Virus record (IMG/VR): IMGVR_UViG_3300046522_000173
Location: 20,274 to 84,273 of that record
Direction: 5' to 3' (one strand)
Origin: a virus
Taxonomy: Duplodnaviria; Heunggongvirae; Uroviricota; Caudoviricetes
DNA length: 64,000 nucleotides
Shown: positions 35,283 through 43,569 of the stretch, in pieces
Layout of the letters: the number at the start of each line of letters is the position of its first letter
How positions within the stretch are numbered: the first letter of the stretch is position 1
Position numbers and translations under genes: made by a program
Notes under the pieces: generated by a model
Told to the model about the DNA's origin: nothing
Database searches by the model: none
The model's input: the letters and a program-made list of their open reading frames with translations, nothing else

Positions 35283-35471
35283 TCAAACAAACTTAACCAA
35301 TTCCGAATTAAAGAACAAATAAGCATGGTCATTCCAATGCATCCCATTATACACAACTTGGAATGCTTCATAGGCTAACAAGCTGCTGTCATAGACGCTT
35401 GTGTGTTTGGTGCCTGTTGATGTGTAGTGGATTAGTTGGTACATGTTAGCTCCTGTCTCCAAACATATCAA
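35283..35471 (-). CDS. hypothetical protein
   Basis: ORF track entry. Confidence 0.4.
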   Translation of the reverse strand: MICLETGANMYQLIHYTSTGTKHTSVYDSSLLAYEAFQVVYNGMHWNDHAYLFFNSELVKFV

Positions 35472-35751
35472 TCATGCTGAATAGATACTTAAGTGCTTCG
35501 GCAGTGGCGGAACATGTACCTCCTTGTACCCAAAACTGGCTTGTTACGTCTGTATTGTCATAGTCTCGGAATACCCTGATATTACTGCGGCCGTAAGTGT
35601 CGAGCACGCCACAGTTGTCATCCATTGCAATACTGATTTCGTAGCCCTTGTAAGGGATTTTGCAGCATGCGCTGCGTACCATACCTTTAGGTGACCAGAT
35701 TGATTCGTTCATTTCATTCCCCTTAATCAAAACCCAACTTGCCCATTGCAC
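35446..35751 (-). CDS. hypothetical protein (likely start MNESIWSPKG)
   Basis: ORF track entry. Confidence 0.45.
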   Translation of the reverse strand: MQWASWVLIKGNEMNESIWSPKGMVRSACCKIPYKGYEISIAMDDNCGVLDTYGRSNIRVFRDYDNTDVTSQFWVQGGTCSATAEALKYLFSMIDMFGDRS

Positions 35752-35933
35752 AACTCATGCGAAGCCCTAGCAATTTCCCAGGCTTGTTGTTCTGTGCGTG
35801 CTACTGCTTGAATGTGGTATCCGATAGCACGTGATACGTTAAAGGTTGCTTTGATTTCTTTGCAAGTCCAGCGCTCAGCACGCATCCAATCGAAACGGAA
35901 AGAGTTGCCAGTGAAAGGGTTCTTGAGGGACAT
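35727..35933 (-). CDS. hypothetical protein
   Basis: ORF track entry. Confidence 0.45.
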   Translation of the reverse strand: MSLKNPFTGNSFRFDWMRAERWTCKEIKATFNVSRAIGYHIQAVARTEQQAWEIARASHELCNGQVGF

Positions 35934-35981
35934 GCTAGCTCCTGTTAGTGTGCCTGTCGGCGTGCTCTGTTCAATGACCCT

Positions 35982-36010
35982 AGAATACTCTCTACAGGGG
36001 TGGCTGTCAA
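35982..36010 (-). promoter_or_regulatory. sigma70-type promoter TTGACA-N17-TATTCT
   Basis: Minus-strand hexamers between the helicase stop and the next gene. Confidence 0.45.
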
Positions 36011-36028
36011 TAGGGATTTTTAAGAATG

Positions 36029-37516
36029 TTATGCCACTTTAATATGCTTACTCTTCATATATTGCATTGCTTCGTGTACACTGTTGTTGATCGTAAGAAC
36101 AAGCTTTGCACGAGTGACAGCCACATACAACAAGTTTTCTTCCATCTCATTCAAACCTACCCATTTACCATTCTTGTCTTTATGGCTAGGGAAATCATCA
36201 GCTAACACAACTTGGTCCCACTCTCGACCTTTAGCCTTGTGTGCTGTGGTGAATGTCGTATCAGGTACGCTCGGCTTCCTGTAGTTCTCAAGTGTCTTAA
36301 TCATACGCTGGCTCTGTCCATCTTTGACAAGCTTTACGATCCTGTTCAGATCGGGCTCTTCCTTGGCCTCTTCGCACAGACTCCACCAAGATGCAAAAGG
36401 TAGGATACGGTCATGCTTGACGTTCTTCATATCGTCAGCGTACAGCGCCTCGACACTCTGCAACAGTTTCACAAAGTCTTTTGTGTCAATCTCAATGTTC
36501 ACCTTTACACCCTTGTTCATTGCTTTCACGGCCTCACCAAGCAATGCACTATTCGTACGGAATAGCTTTGCATAATGTTGTGTCTCTTCAATGTCTCCAA
36601 TGCGGCTGTTCAGTTTGTCAAAGCCTTCAATCTGCATCGATCCCTTTAACACATCCATTGCAACGTCAGCCACCGCCTGACCATAGCGGAAACTCTGCCC
36701 TAACACTGCTTCGTTGCCTTCCACAACCTTCATGGCATTGACACTCCCACGCCATTGATAAATACTCTGCCTTGCATCTCCTACCAACACAATCTTGCAA
36801 TGCTCTTTCTGCTGTAGCACGATGTCGAGAACACACGGAGTACTGTCCTGCGCTTCGTCCAGATAGATTAGCTTATACGGTAGCTTAGGCCCTGAAAGCT
36901 GATACATCTTAAGGTATGTGTCATGTGTGGCCAACACGTTGCTATTCTGGTTAATACGGTCCTGCCAGAGCTTCTTAGCATTCGTGAGCACAACACTCTT
37001 CAACTTCTTAGCGCCGGAGTTGATAGCGTCAGCCATTATCTTAGACACTGGAAGATGCTTGGTCGAAAGTTTCTTGTCTGCGCTCTGCTCAAACTTGGCT
37101 ACACACTCTTTCACTAGTTGCCCGATACCTGCTGCTGTAATGATTACTACGTCTTCATCATCCACGATGGAATCAATCTTGTAATACTTGGCAATCTCGC
37201 CACCTGTACCAGCAACATTGACATACTTGTGTGTTGGGCGAGACAACTTGTGCTGAATCTCACTACCACACTTACTGTACGCTAGGCTGTGAGTAGTTTT
37301 GCACACAACATGCATAGGGAACTTCTGTGCTGCTTCATCAGCCGTAACCTTATTGAATGCAAGGTAGATGCTAGGACACTCAAGCTCTTGTGCTATCATA
37401 CTCAGAGTTGTTGTCTTAGCACCGCCAGCACAGGCTGAAATTTTAAGCAGGTTGTGCGCCTTAGCAGCATCGATGCAAGCAAGTTGTTGTTTAGTAGGGT
37501 TCATAGTTTGGCTCAT
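36029..37516 (-). CDS. compact UvrD/PcrA-like superfamily 1 DNA helicase (495 aa)
   Basis: Walker A (SACAGGAKTT), motif II (LIYLDEAQDS), motif III (GDARQSIYQWRGS), motif V (TTFTTAHKAKGREWDQVVL), motif VI (VAVTRAK). Confidence 0.7.
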   Translation of the reverse strand: MSQTMNPTKQQLACIDAAKAHNLLKISACAGGAKTTTLSMIAQELECPSIYLAFNKVTADEAAQKFPMHVVCKTTHSLAYSKCGSEIQHKLSRPTHKYVNVAGTGGEIAKYYKIDSIVDDEDVVIITAAGIGQLVKECVAKFEQSADKKLSTKHLPVSKIMADAINSGAKKLKSVVLTNAKKLWQDRINQNSNVLATHDTYLKMYQLSGPKLPYKLIYLDEAQDSTPCVLDIVLQQKEHCKIVLVGDARQSIYQWRGSVNAMKVVEGNEAVLGQSFRYGQAVADVAMDVLKGSMQIEGFDKLNSRIGDIEETQHYAKLFRTNSALLGEAVKAMNKGVKVNIEIDTKDFVKLLQSVEALYADDMKNVKHDRILPFASWWSLCEEAKEEPDLNRIVKLVKDGQSQRMIKTLENYRKPSVPDTTFTTAHKAKGREWDQVVLADDFPSHKDKNGKWVGLNEMEENLLYVAVTRAKLVLTINNSVHEAMQYMKSKHIKVA

Positions 37517-37631
37517 TTTCGTGGTTCATTTGATCGATTTTGATAGGGTGAAAACGGGAATCCTCTTAAGGGGGAACCCCGTCAGCGCCCCTTTCAGGTG
37601 GCTTGTCTGTTCAGTAGAACAATAGCACAGA

Positions 37632-38360
37632 TTAGGATTGAACATCCTTCCTCATACGTTTTAGGGTGCTTCTAGAGATATCGAAGAACCTACAGGCATC
37701 ATCGTCAGAACAAGAGTGTTCATTCTTATACTCGTCTACTGCCTTAAGTATGTCAAGCTTATCTTTCTTACCTTTCAGTGGTTCATCATACAACTTAGTG
37801 ATTTCAGACAACATTCTTGTCTTTTCTTCTAGTTCTAGTCTCAACCTCTCGTTCTCTTCTAGTAGCTGTTCATACGTAGCCACTTCATAGGATATCTTGT
37901 CTTGCTTGTTGGTGAGTTCTCTGTGCATTTTTAACGGTCCTATCATGGCTCTAACGTTTTGCCTCAGTTCATGCAATGTCGAGGAATGCTCTATAGCACT
38001 ACGTTGCACTGAAAGAGAATCAATCTTGAACGATTGTTCACTGAAAGGAGATTGTTGTACACAAGCCTTAATGATGTGTTTCCACCATGTAAGATGTTGT
38101 GCTTCAATCAAGTTTGGATTTGCTGAAAGTTTGGTTTGCTTTAGGCTATACCCAGCTTCTAAGATGTCCTGTACATAGTGCATAACCTCGGCATCATCGT
38201 AGTCGTGCTCTTTAGTGGATGTCTTTCCTAGTGCTTCCTGGCACTGCTTAGACAGCTTTAGGATTCTCTTCCGGTGTGCTGTAAGCTGTTCCTCTGTTAG
38301 TTGCTGTGCATTGATGTCTGTCAGTTGTGCTAAGTGTATTGAGAGTGTATCAAAGTCCAT
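37632..38360 (-). CDS. coiled-coil protein with C-terminal HTH (242 aa), candidate DNA-binding regulator
   Basis: C-terminal HTH-like segment (DACRFFDISRSTLKRMRK); long helical repeats. Confidence 0.5.
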   Translation of the reverse strand: MDFDTLSIHLAQLTDINAQQLTEEQLTAHRKRILKLSKQCQEALGKTSTKEHDYDDAEVMHYVQDILEAGYSLKQTKLSANPNLIEAQHLTWWKHIIKACVQQSPFSEQSFKIDSLSVQRSAIEHSSTLHELRQNVRAMIGPLKMHRELTNKQDKISYEVATYEQLLEENERLRLELEEKTRMLSEITKLYDEPLKGKKDKLDILKAVDEYKNEHSCSDDDACRFFDISRSTLKRMRKDVQS

Positions 38361-38363
38361 ACA

Positions 38364-38582
38364 TCAATCCTTACTCTCACTTGGCAATGCACGTATAGAA
38401 TCTCTAATACTCTTAACTAAGGCCTCTGCCATCTCTAGCTTTTGAAGCATGACAGTGTTGTTGCTCGTTTTGTAATAGCTCTTTTGTACCCTGAAAGGAG
38501 TTGTGTTGCCTTGTTGCTCAAGCTTAATAAGTAGTTGTGCAATCTCGTCTACCGTCATAAGTTGCCAGTTGCGTTTGGTCAT
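38364..38582 (-). CDS. hypothetical protein
   Basis: ORF track entry. Confidence 0.45.
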   Translation of the reverse strand: MTKRNWQLMTVDEIAQLLIKLEQQGNTTPFRVQKSYYKTSNNTVMLQKLEMAEALVKSIRDSIRALPSESKD

Positions 38583-38718
38583 AGAATGTCCTAGTTGGCT
38601 TGATGTATGAACATTCTAACAGATAAGATGCTCCCTGTCAAGTCTTGTGCACATACAACAAAGCCCGCTTGCGCGGGCCTGTAGCAATCCTCTGATATCC
38701 GTGACGCATCACATTAAA

Positions 38719-38976
38719 TCATGAGGCATCATCGAAACCACAAGCTATAATGTTAGCAACATCATTATAAGCAGTGTCCCAATTGATTTTATTACCCTTG
38801 CTGTTGATATAACCGTGCCCCTCAATTCCGCTGTCTATTTCACAGCCTGATGAGTTAAAGATTTTCCCTTCAGGTGCTTCCATTGTTATTTCCCATGTTC
38901 CGCCGCTATTGTCAATTTCCAAAGTACAGCCGTGTTTCTTAGCAAGTGCCAGCAGGTCGGATTTCTTCTTCTTCAC
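38719..38976 (-). CDS. hypothetical protein (GTG start)
   Basis: ORF track entry. Confidence 0.4.
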   Translation of the reverse strand: MKKKKSDLLALAKKHGCTLEIDNSGGTWEITMEAPEGKIFNSSGCEIDSGIEGHGYINSKGNKINWDTAYNDVANIIACGFDDAS

Positions 38977-39109
38977 GATTATGCCCTTTCAATCGTTGTG
39001 TTTCAGCATCTTCTACCTGCCTCTCCAGTTTCACATACTTCCAACTGAGCCAACCTATAAGTAGGCCAAATGCAAGTATCAGTAAGGTGTGAATGTCAGA
39101 GACAGCCAT
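38936..39109 (-). CDS. possible small TM protein (57 aa) tightly coupled to the lipoprotein gene stop
   Basis: ATG 2 nt after the lipoprotein TGA; hydrophobic N-terminus, charged C-terminus; overlaps the next ORF out of frame; approximate coordinates. Confidence 0.25.
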
Positions 39110-39111
39110 GC

Positions 39112-39408
39112 TCACAGCCCCGCCAGCGCATCTTTCGATGCTACAACATTGCCCTTCTTCACCAGCTTATGCCCCATCTGCACCAAGCAATCCACTTGAT
39201 TGGGGAATTGCTCCTGTGTGCGTACAATGTGCCGCTGCGACGTTTGCGACTTGCAAGCATTCACATCGTTCTGATATTGGCGCTCGTTGTTGTCTTTCGG
39301 CACAACAACGTAGGTTGCTGCCGGATCGTATTCAGGGGCCGTGCTAGCACACCCCGTTACAACTACAGCGAAAGCAACCAGGGAAGCAGCTTTAAAGAAT
39401 TTGTTCAT
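39112..39408 (-). CDS. lipoprotein (signal peptide with lipobox VVTGC), early expressed
   Basis: Signal peptide with lipobox (MNKFFKAASLVAFAVVVTGCAS); RBS TAGGAG; own promoter upstream. Confidence 0.6.
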   Translation of the reverse strand: MNKFFKAASLVAFAVVVTGCASTAPEYDPAATYVVVPKDNNERQYQNDVNACKSQTSQRHIVRTQEQFPNQVDCLVQMGHKLVKKGNVVASKDALAGL

Positions 39409-39465
39409 GGCAAGGCTCCTAAGAATGTTGGACATCAGATTTGTTTGTTTCTACAGCGTGATTCC

Positions 39466-39494
39466 AGTGTATCTCTGCAATGTTCACGTGTCAA
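39466..39494 (-). promoter_or_regulatory. sigma70-type promoter TTGACA-N17-TACACT
   Basis: Minus-strand hexamers upstream of the lipoprotein gene. Confidence 0.45.
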
Positions 39495-39497
39495 GCT

Positions 39498-39680
39498 TTA
39501 TTCTTTGATATTCTTCGACACATCTACAGCTTCCCAATATCCGCCAAACACATCCTCGACTAGTGTCTCATGCCTTCCGCATGTCCTGCATTGCCGCTCT
39601 AGCTTGGAAGGCCCAAAGTAGCGCCACTTATGCAGAATGTGCATGGATTGCAAGGCGTCTTTAAAGCGTTCGTACAGCAT
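39498..39680 (-). CDS. small Cys-containing protein (possible zinc ribbon)
   Basis: Paired-Cys motif (CRTCGRHE). Confidence 0.4.
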   Translation of the reverse strand: MLYERFKDALQSMHILHKWRYFGPSKLERQCRTCGRHETLVEDVFGGYWEAVDVSKNIKE

Positions 39681-39739
39681 GTGAGGGCTCCTGTTGTGTT
39701 GGTGGCTCTAGATTACGCCTGCGTACGTCGCTGTCAAGC

Positions 39740-39961
39740 CTAGAACAGAGTAGTTCTGCGCTTGTCACTCTTCGGGAAGAACACAAGGTCTGTCACAGGG
39801 AACGTTACACTGTCGTTCCAATCTGGACACATTCCGTTTATGCGGATTGCCTTGTTCTTAAACCAGCGCCTAATTTCGCTGTTGGTTGCTTCCATGCAGG
39901 CCTTCTCAATGGAGAATGGCACAGCGGGACGCATGGACAGAATGAATTCTAATGCTTGCAT
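39740..39961 (-). CDS. hypothetical protein (possibly S4-like RNA-binding)
   Basis: Weak resemblance to S4 domain proteins (RRWFKNKAIRINGM). Confidence 0.35.
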   Translation of the reverse strand: MQALEFILSMRPAVPFSIEKACMEATNSEIRRWFKNKAIRINGMCPDWNDSVTFPVTDLVFFPKSDKRRTTLF

Positions 39962-40098
39962 GATTTTCCTTGTTAGAATGCCTCAGAAAGCCAGTTCTTG
40001 CGCCAGATTCAGAGGCAATTAAGCGCGAACGTACAGAATGAGTAATCCGCGACGTGCCGTTGCCGTGCGCAGGATTTAGGGTTCAAACTCCAATAGAA

Positions 40099-40332
40099 TT
40101 AGTGTCCATGCCTCTTCGCAATACCTTCCCTCAGCAATGCATGCCAAGCTTCGTCAAATGGCAGTCGCTTCGTATCCATCATGCCATTACGCCAGCCATG
40201 CCAATAGCTTTTGCTCTTGTCGCTTCCTGGCTCTGGTTCTCCGTTCCATCCTGCTCGATAGCCCTCTACACAATCGTCCATGTCTAGCAGGTCTAGCTCT
40301 GCATGTGTGCTTAGTGGTTTGTATTCGCTCAT
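40099..40332 (-). CDS. ribosome modulation factor (RMF)-like small protein
   Basis: EGYRAGWNGEPEPGSDKSKSYWHGWRNGMMD matches the RMF pattern RGYQAG.AG......W.GGWR.AMAD; paralog of 41220..41360. Confidence 0.4.
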   Translation of the reverse strand: MSEYKPLSTHAELDLLDMDDCVEGYRAGWNGEPEPGSDKSKSYWHGWRNGMMDTKRLPFDEAWHALLREGIAKRHGH

Positions 40333-40850
40333 TTGTTGTTCTCCTGTTGTGCAAGCTCACTTGCAATAGTATGCAAGCGCCTGTCAGCCTTCGTCAACAC
40401 TTCCAGCAATAGGCGTTTCTCTTCAAGATACACTTTTGCAAAGTCTGGATCGTGCTGGACAATGCTTGACGTATTAGAAATCAGGTCCGCACATTTGATT
40501 GTCTGTACCCATCCTGGGGCTTGTGCTAGACGTTCTCGTGACAGACGTTTGCGGGTTGCTCTGTTGCCTTGTTCCATATCGGATAAGAAAAACACACCTT
40601 CAGCAACCTGTGTACCAAACTTAGAGCAAATCTCTGCCAGCCTGATGTCTTGATCCTCCACACAATCATGCAGCCATGCTACAGCCATGAACGTATCCGG
40701 GTGAACTTGTGGAGCGTGCCAACCAACAGACATAGCAACACCCACTACCTCCGCGAGATGGTCAAAGTAAGGAGCATTCGTGTATTTCCTGCGCTGTGTA
40801 GCATGCACCTTACGAGCAAATTCCATTGCTTCATATGCGAGATTAGTCAT
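40329..40850 (-). CDS. HD-domain small alarmone hydrolase (SpoT/RelA hydrolase-domain homolog; putative (p)ppGpp/(p)ppApp hydrolase)
   Basis: SpoT/Rel N-terminal HD-domain blocks: AMEFARKVHATQRRK..PYFDHLAEVVGV....AVAWLHDCVEDQDI; KCADLISN. Confidence 0.65.
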   Translation of the reverse strand: MTNLAYEAMEFARKVHATQRRKYTNAPYFDHLAEVVGVAMSVGWHAPQVHPDTFMAVAWLHDCVEDQDIRLAEICSKFGTQVAEGVFFLSDMEQGNRATRKRLSRERLAQAPGWVQTIKCADLISNTSSIVQHDPDFAKVYLEEKRLLLEVLTKADRRLHTIASELAQQENNK

Positions 40851-41029
40851 TCCTCAAGCCCTCCGTCATTCTCCTTAGCCCAATCAATACACCAATTCCT
40901 CCCGCCCGAATACTGCACACAATTGGCATTGCTCTTGAGCACTACAGCAAAGCTCCCGCTAGGACGCTTGATAACGGCATATAGTGCACTCTCGTAGAGA
41001 GGCTTGCTAGCTGGCTGTTGTGTGTTCAT
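40847..41029 (-). CDS. hypothetical protein
   Basis: ORF track entry. Confidence 0.4.
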   Translation of the reverse strand: MNTQQPASKPLYESALYAVIKRPSGSFAVVLKSNANCVQYSGGRNWCIDWAKENDGGLEE

Positions 41030-41223
41030 TTCCTGGCCCTCGCCTGCTTAAACCCTTCAAGTGTAATCAACGTCATCGTGACTGCTTTGCGCGTAATCTC
41101 AAACGGTGGACCAAGCTTGAATAATGCTGTTTGTGCCGCTCTGTAGTCTTCAATAGCTTGTGCAATCTTTGCGTCACTAATAGAATCACCATTGCAAACT
41201 TTGGTGTAGATGTCTCGGCTCAT
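41026..41223 (-). CDS. hypothetical protein
   Basis: ORF track entry. Confidence 0.45.
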   Translation of the reverse strand: MSRDIYTKVCNGDSISDAKIAQAIEDYRAAQTALFKLGPPFEITRKAVTMTLITLEGFKQARARK

Positions 41224-41360
41224 TCCCCATCCTCCTCATCAGCACTATCAAGCCATCCCCGCATCCACAGAGAGTAATCCTCCGTCCCACCCTCATACGT
41301 CACGCTATGCAGCGGCAAGCCCTTTGTGAATGCTTCCTGGCCTTCTTTGTATGCGTTCAT
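41220..41360 (-). CDS. second RMF-like small protein (46 aa, MNAYKEGQEAFTKGLPLHSVTYEGGTEDYSLWMRGWLDSADEEDGE)
   Basis: ATGA-coupled on both sides; shares the EG..A..G...W.RGW..S.D pattern with 40099..40332 and RMF. Confidence 0.35.
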   Translation of the reverse strand: MNAYKEGQEAFTKGLPLHSVTYEGGTEDYSLWMRGWLDSADEEDGE

Positions 41361-41542
41361 TTCCAATCCCTAACCTCACGGTCATTCTTGTCTCGGAAAG
41401 GACAAGAATCGCCACAGTATCCACACACATGCCCGTCTAGTACAGGCCAAGCACACTTACCGCAAGGGTAAGTATGTGGAAGGTGACGAGACATTGTATC
41501 AATCTCTGCCTGCCTATATTGTGCTGCTGTTGGCTTCTTCAT
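41357..41542 (-). CDS. zinc-ribbon protein (CGKC...CGYCGDSC)
   Basis: Two Cys pairs. Confidence 0.45.
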   Translation of the reverse strand: MKKPTAAQYRQAEIDTMSRHLPHTYPCGKCAWPVLDGHVCGYCGDSCPFRDKNDREVRDWK

Positions 41543-41718
41543 CCATCAAGCCCTCCCATCAAAACTATATTGATAAACGCCGTCTTTCTTGACAACTACG
41601 AAATACCCTTGCTTGCTCATCGCTACAGCATATTCCATGGCTTCCTCTAGCAGCATGAATGTTTGAGTGTCTTTCGGGACTTCTGAATCAGGACGCTCTA
41701 GGCTAATCACTTCGTACA

Positions 41719-41925
41719 TTATTCCTCCGTAGCCTCGTCCAACATATTATAAAGTTTATTCCTCTCAGCCGCCACCCTGGCAATCTGTGCCTCAAGCTCT
41801 AGCGGCGGCTTATTCTTCGCATATTCCAGCATGGCGCACGCTTCAGCGAAGAGGGATGATTGGAGTTTGAGGGCATGGGCTTGTTGGGCAGTCACTCTGA
41901 GTCCTCTTGCGCCATGCCTCGGCAA
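41719..41925 (-). CDS. hypothetical protein (possible GTG start at about 41897 coupled to the upstream stop)
   Basis: ORF track entry. Confidence 0.35.
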   Translation of the reverse strand: MPRHGARGLRVTAQQAHALKLQSSLFAEACAMLEYAKNKPPLELEAQIARVAAERNKLYNMLDEATEE

Positions 41926-42064
41926 AGCTCCACAGGGACATGAACAAACACAGGGGGAGGAGGAAGCATTTCAGGTTCGGCAATCCACTCGTGTGCGAAA
42001 ATCAGAAGTGTTTCGTGTTCTTCAGACATGCTGTTCTCCTGTTAAGTTGTCCTGCCACGCTTCC

Positions 42065-42093
42065 AATATAACCGCTGCCAATTTCGCTGTCAA
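42065..42093 (-). promoter_or_regulatory. sigma70-type promoter cgtaagaattttgtgc-TTGACA-N17-TATATT
   Basis: Carries the recurrent upstream element. Confidence 0.5.
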
Positions 42094-42271
42094 GCACAAA
42101 ATTCTTACGTCTTCTTATACTGTATGACGACAATGCCATCCACCAGGAGATACACTTCTGACACAAATACATCATTAGCCTTCATGTTGTACATTTGCCC
42201 TGCTTCGATGCTGTCGCGGCACGTGTGTTCAAATTGTGCGCCAGATACGTAGGTCCACTTTAGAGTTAGTT

Positions 42272-42481
42272 TCATTTGTAGCACCTTTGACGATTCACTT
42301 TGCAATCTTTCCCGTACGTGTGCAGCACATGTCCAAGAGGGCCGCACCACACGACATAGATTTGATTCTGCTCGGACCAGTACGCATCCTGTACAGGCTC
42401 CCAATGGTTTGACAGAGGGTTAAACACATAATCGCCCTTGGTGAGAGTGTCAGGGCGCACCGATTCAGTTTTGATATTCAT
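42272..42481 (-). CDS. hypothetical protein
   Basis: ORF track entry. Confidence 0.45.
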   Translation of the reverse strand: MNIKTESVRPDTLTKGDYVFNPLSNHWEPVQDAYWSEQNQIYVVWCGPLGHVLHTYGKDCKVNRQRCYK

Positions 42482-42484
42482 GGA

Positions 42485-42733
42485 TTACCCTTTCGGCTGG
42501 ATAGCGACGATTGCCAGGATATCCTCTTCCGGAATCGCACATTGGCGAAGCTGGGAAATTAGTGTTGCGCGTTCTTCTGACAGCAGGTTGTTGCGCACAC
42601 GATTGATGGGCTTGGTGTATGGCGAATGCAATTTCGCACAGATTGCCCCTTCAGGTGTGCGGACAGTGACGCTGCCTTGCTGTTTCTTAGAGGAAGAGCT
42701 AGTAGTGATGCGATAGCCGCGAATGATTTCCAT
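42485..42733 (-). CDS. hypothetical protein
   Basis: ORF track entry. Confidence 0.45.
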   Translation of the reverse strand: MEIIRGYRITTSSSSKKQQGSVTVRTPEGAICAKLHSPYTKPINRVRNNLLSEERATLISQLRQCAIPEEDILAIVAIQPKG

Positions 42734-42745
42734 GTTGGTTACTCC

Positions 42746-43228
42746 TTAGCGGCTCAGAAAGTAGTGACCGTTCGACTCAAAGAACTCGTGTCGAAGTTCA
42801 CCGTTCCAATAGTGTTCCCAATCAATGTACGAAAACATCGGATGGTTGCTGTCAATCGTCCCCATCTCGACAGCAAATTCCTCCGCGAATTCCTTCCCTG
42901 AGTCGTATTTACCACGGTAGTTTTCTTTAGCATCGTCCAATGTCACAGGCTCATGAAAATTCGCTTGGTAAGCTTCCAGAATCTCGCGGTCATCCTCATC
43001 CATTGCAGCAAGTTCGAAAGCACCTTCCTCGATAGAAGATTCACTAACCAGAGCATCAGGGATGTTTTCCCAATCTTGAAACATAAGCTCTGGGTCTTCC
43101 TCGTCTGAGTGGAGTTCCTTGCAAGCCTCGTAAAACTCGTCTTTGTCGCTGTAGTCTTCCAGGTCCAGCCAAGCGCCCTTCAGATTGCCCGAGTTGTATT
43201 TAGCGTAAGTTCCAACGTAGATTCTCAT
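42746..43228 (-). CDS. ardA: ArdA-family anti-restriction protein (DNA mimic)
   Basis: N-terminal MRIYVGTYAKYNSGNLKGAWLDLEDY and C-terminal YIDWEHYWNGELRHEFFESNGHYF resemble the ArdA family; highly acidic, 160 aa; first gene behind its own promoter. Confidence 0.6.
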   Translation of the reverse strand: MRIYVGTYAKYNSGNLKGAWLDLEDYSDKDEFYEACKELHSDEEDPELMFQDWENIPDALVSESSIEEGAFELAAMDEDDREILEAYQANFHEPVTLDDAKENYRGKYDSGKEFAEEFAVEMGTIDSNHPMFSYIDWEHYWNGELRHEFFESNGHYFLSR

Positions 43229-43295
43229 GTCTAGCTCCTAGTAAGTGCCTTCCGGCTTGTCGTCTTCGGCCTGTGTTGCGCCGTCCATGAGAAGC

Positions 43296-43323
43296 ATCTT
43301 ATCACGTACAAAAGCCATGTCAA
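43296..43323 (-). promoter_or_regulatory. sigma70-type promoter TTGACA-N16-TAAGAT for the ArdA-like gene
   Basis: Minus-strand hexamers. Confidence 0.5.
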
Positions 43324-43534
43324 GCAATTTTCAGAAACTTTCGTAAATTTATAAGCGTGGATAAGACCGAATACAGAATAGGGCGCGACAGACACAAGAA
43401 CGCTATATAGGATGCCTCTCATGCGCTGCGTTGTGCAAAGCACGACAGACCGGGCAGCGACACCAGTAAGACGCCTTGCCAGAACGCGCCAGGGTAGCAC
43501 TAGATAAACTCTTTAAACTTCTTGCGAAATGTTG

Positions 43535-43564
43535 TTGACACACTGTCGAAAAACGCGATATAGT
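43535..43564 (+). promoter_or_regulatory. plus-strand sigma70-type promoter TTGACA-N18-TATAGT embedded in 8-bp inverted repeat GACACACT/AGTGTGTC, inside the minus-strand block
   Basis: Hexamers plus a flanking palindrome (operator-like); no convincing protein gene downstream. Confidence 0.45.
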
Positions 43565-43569
43565 GTGTC

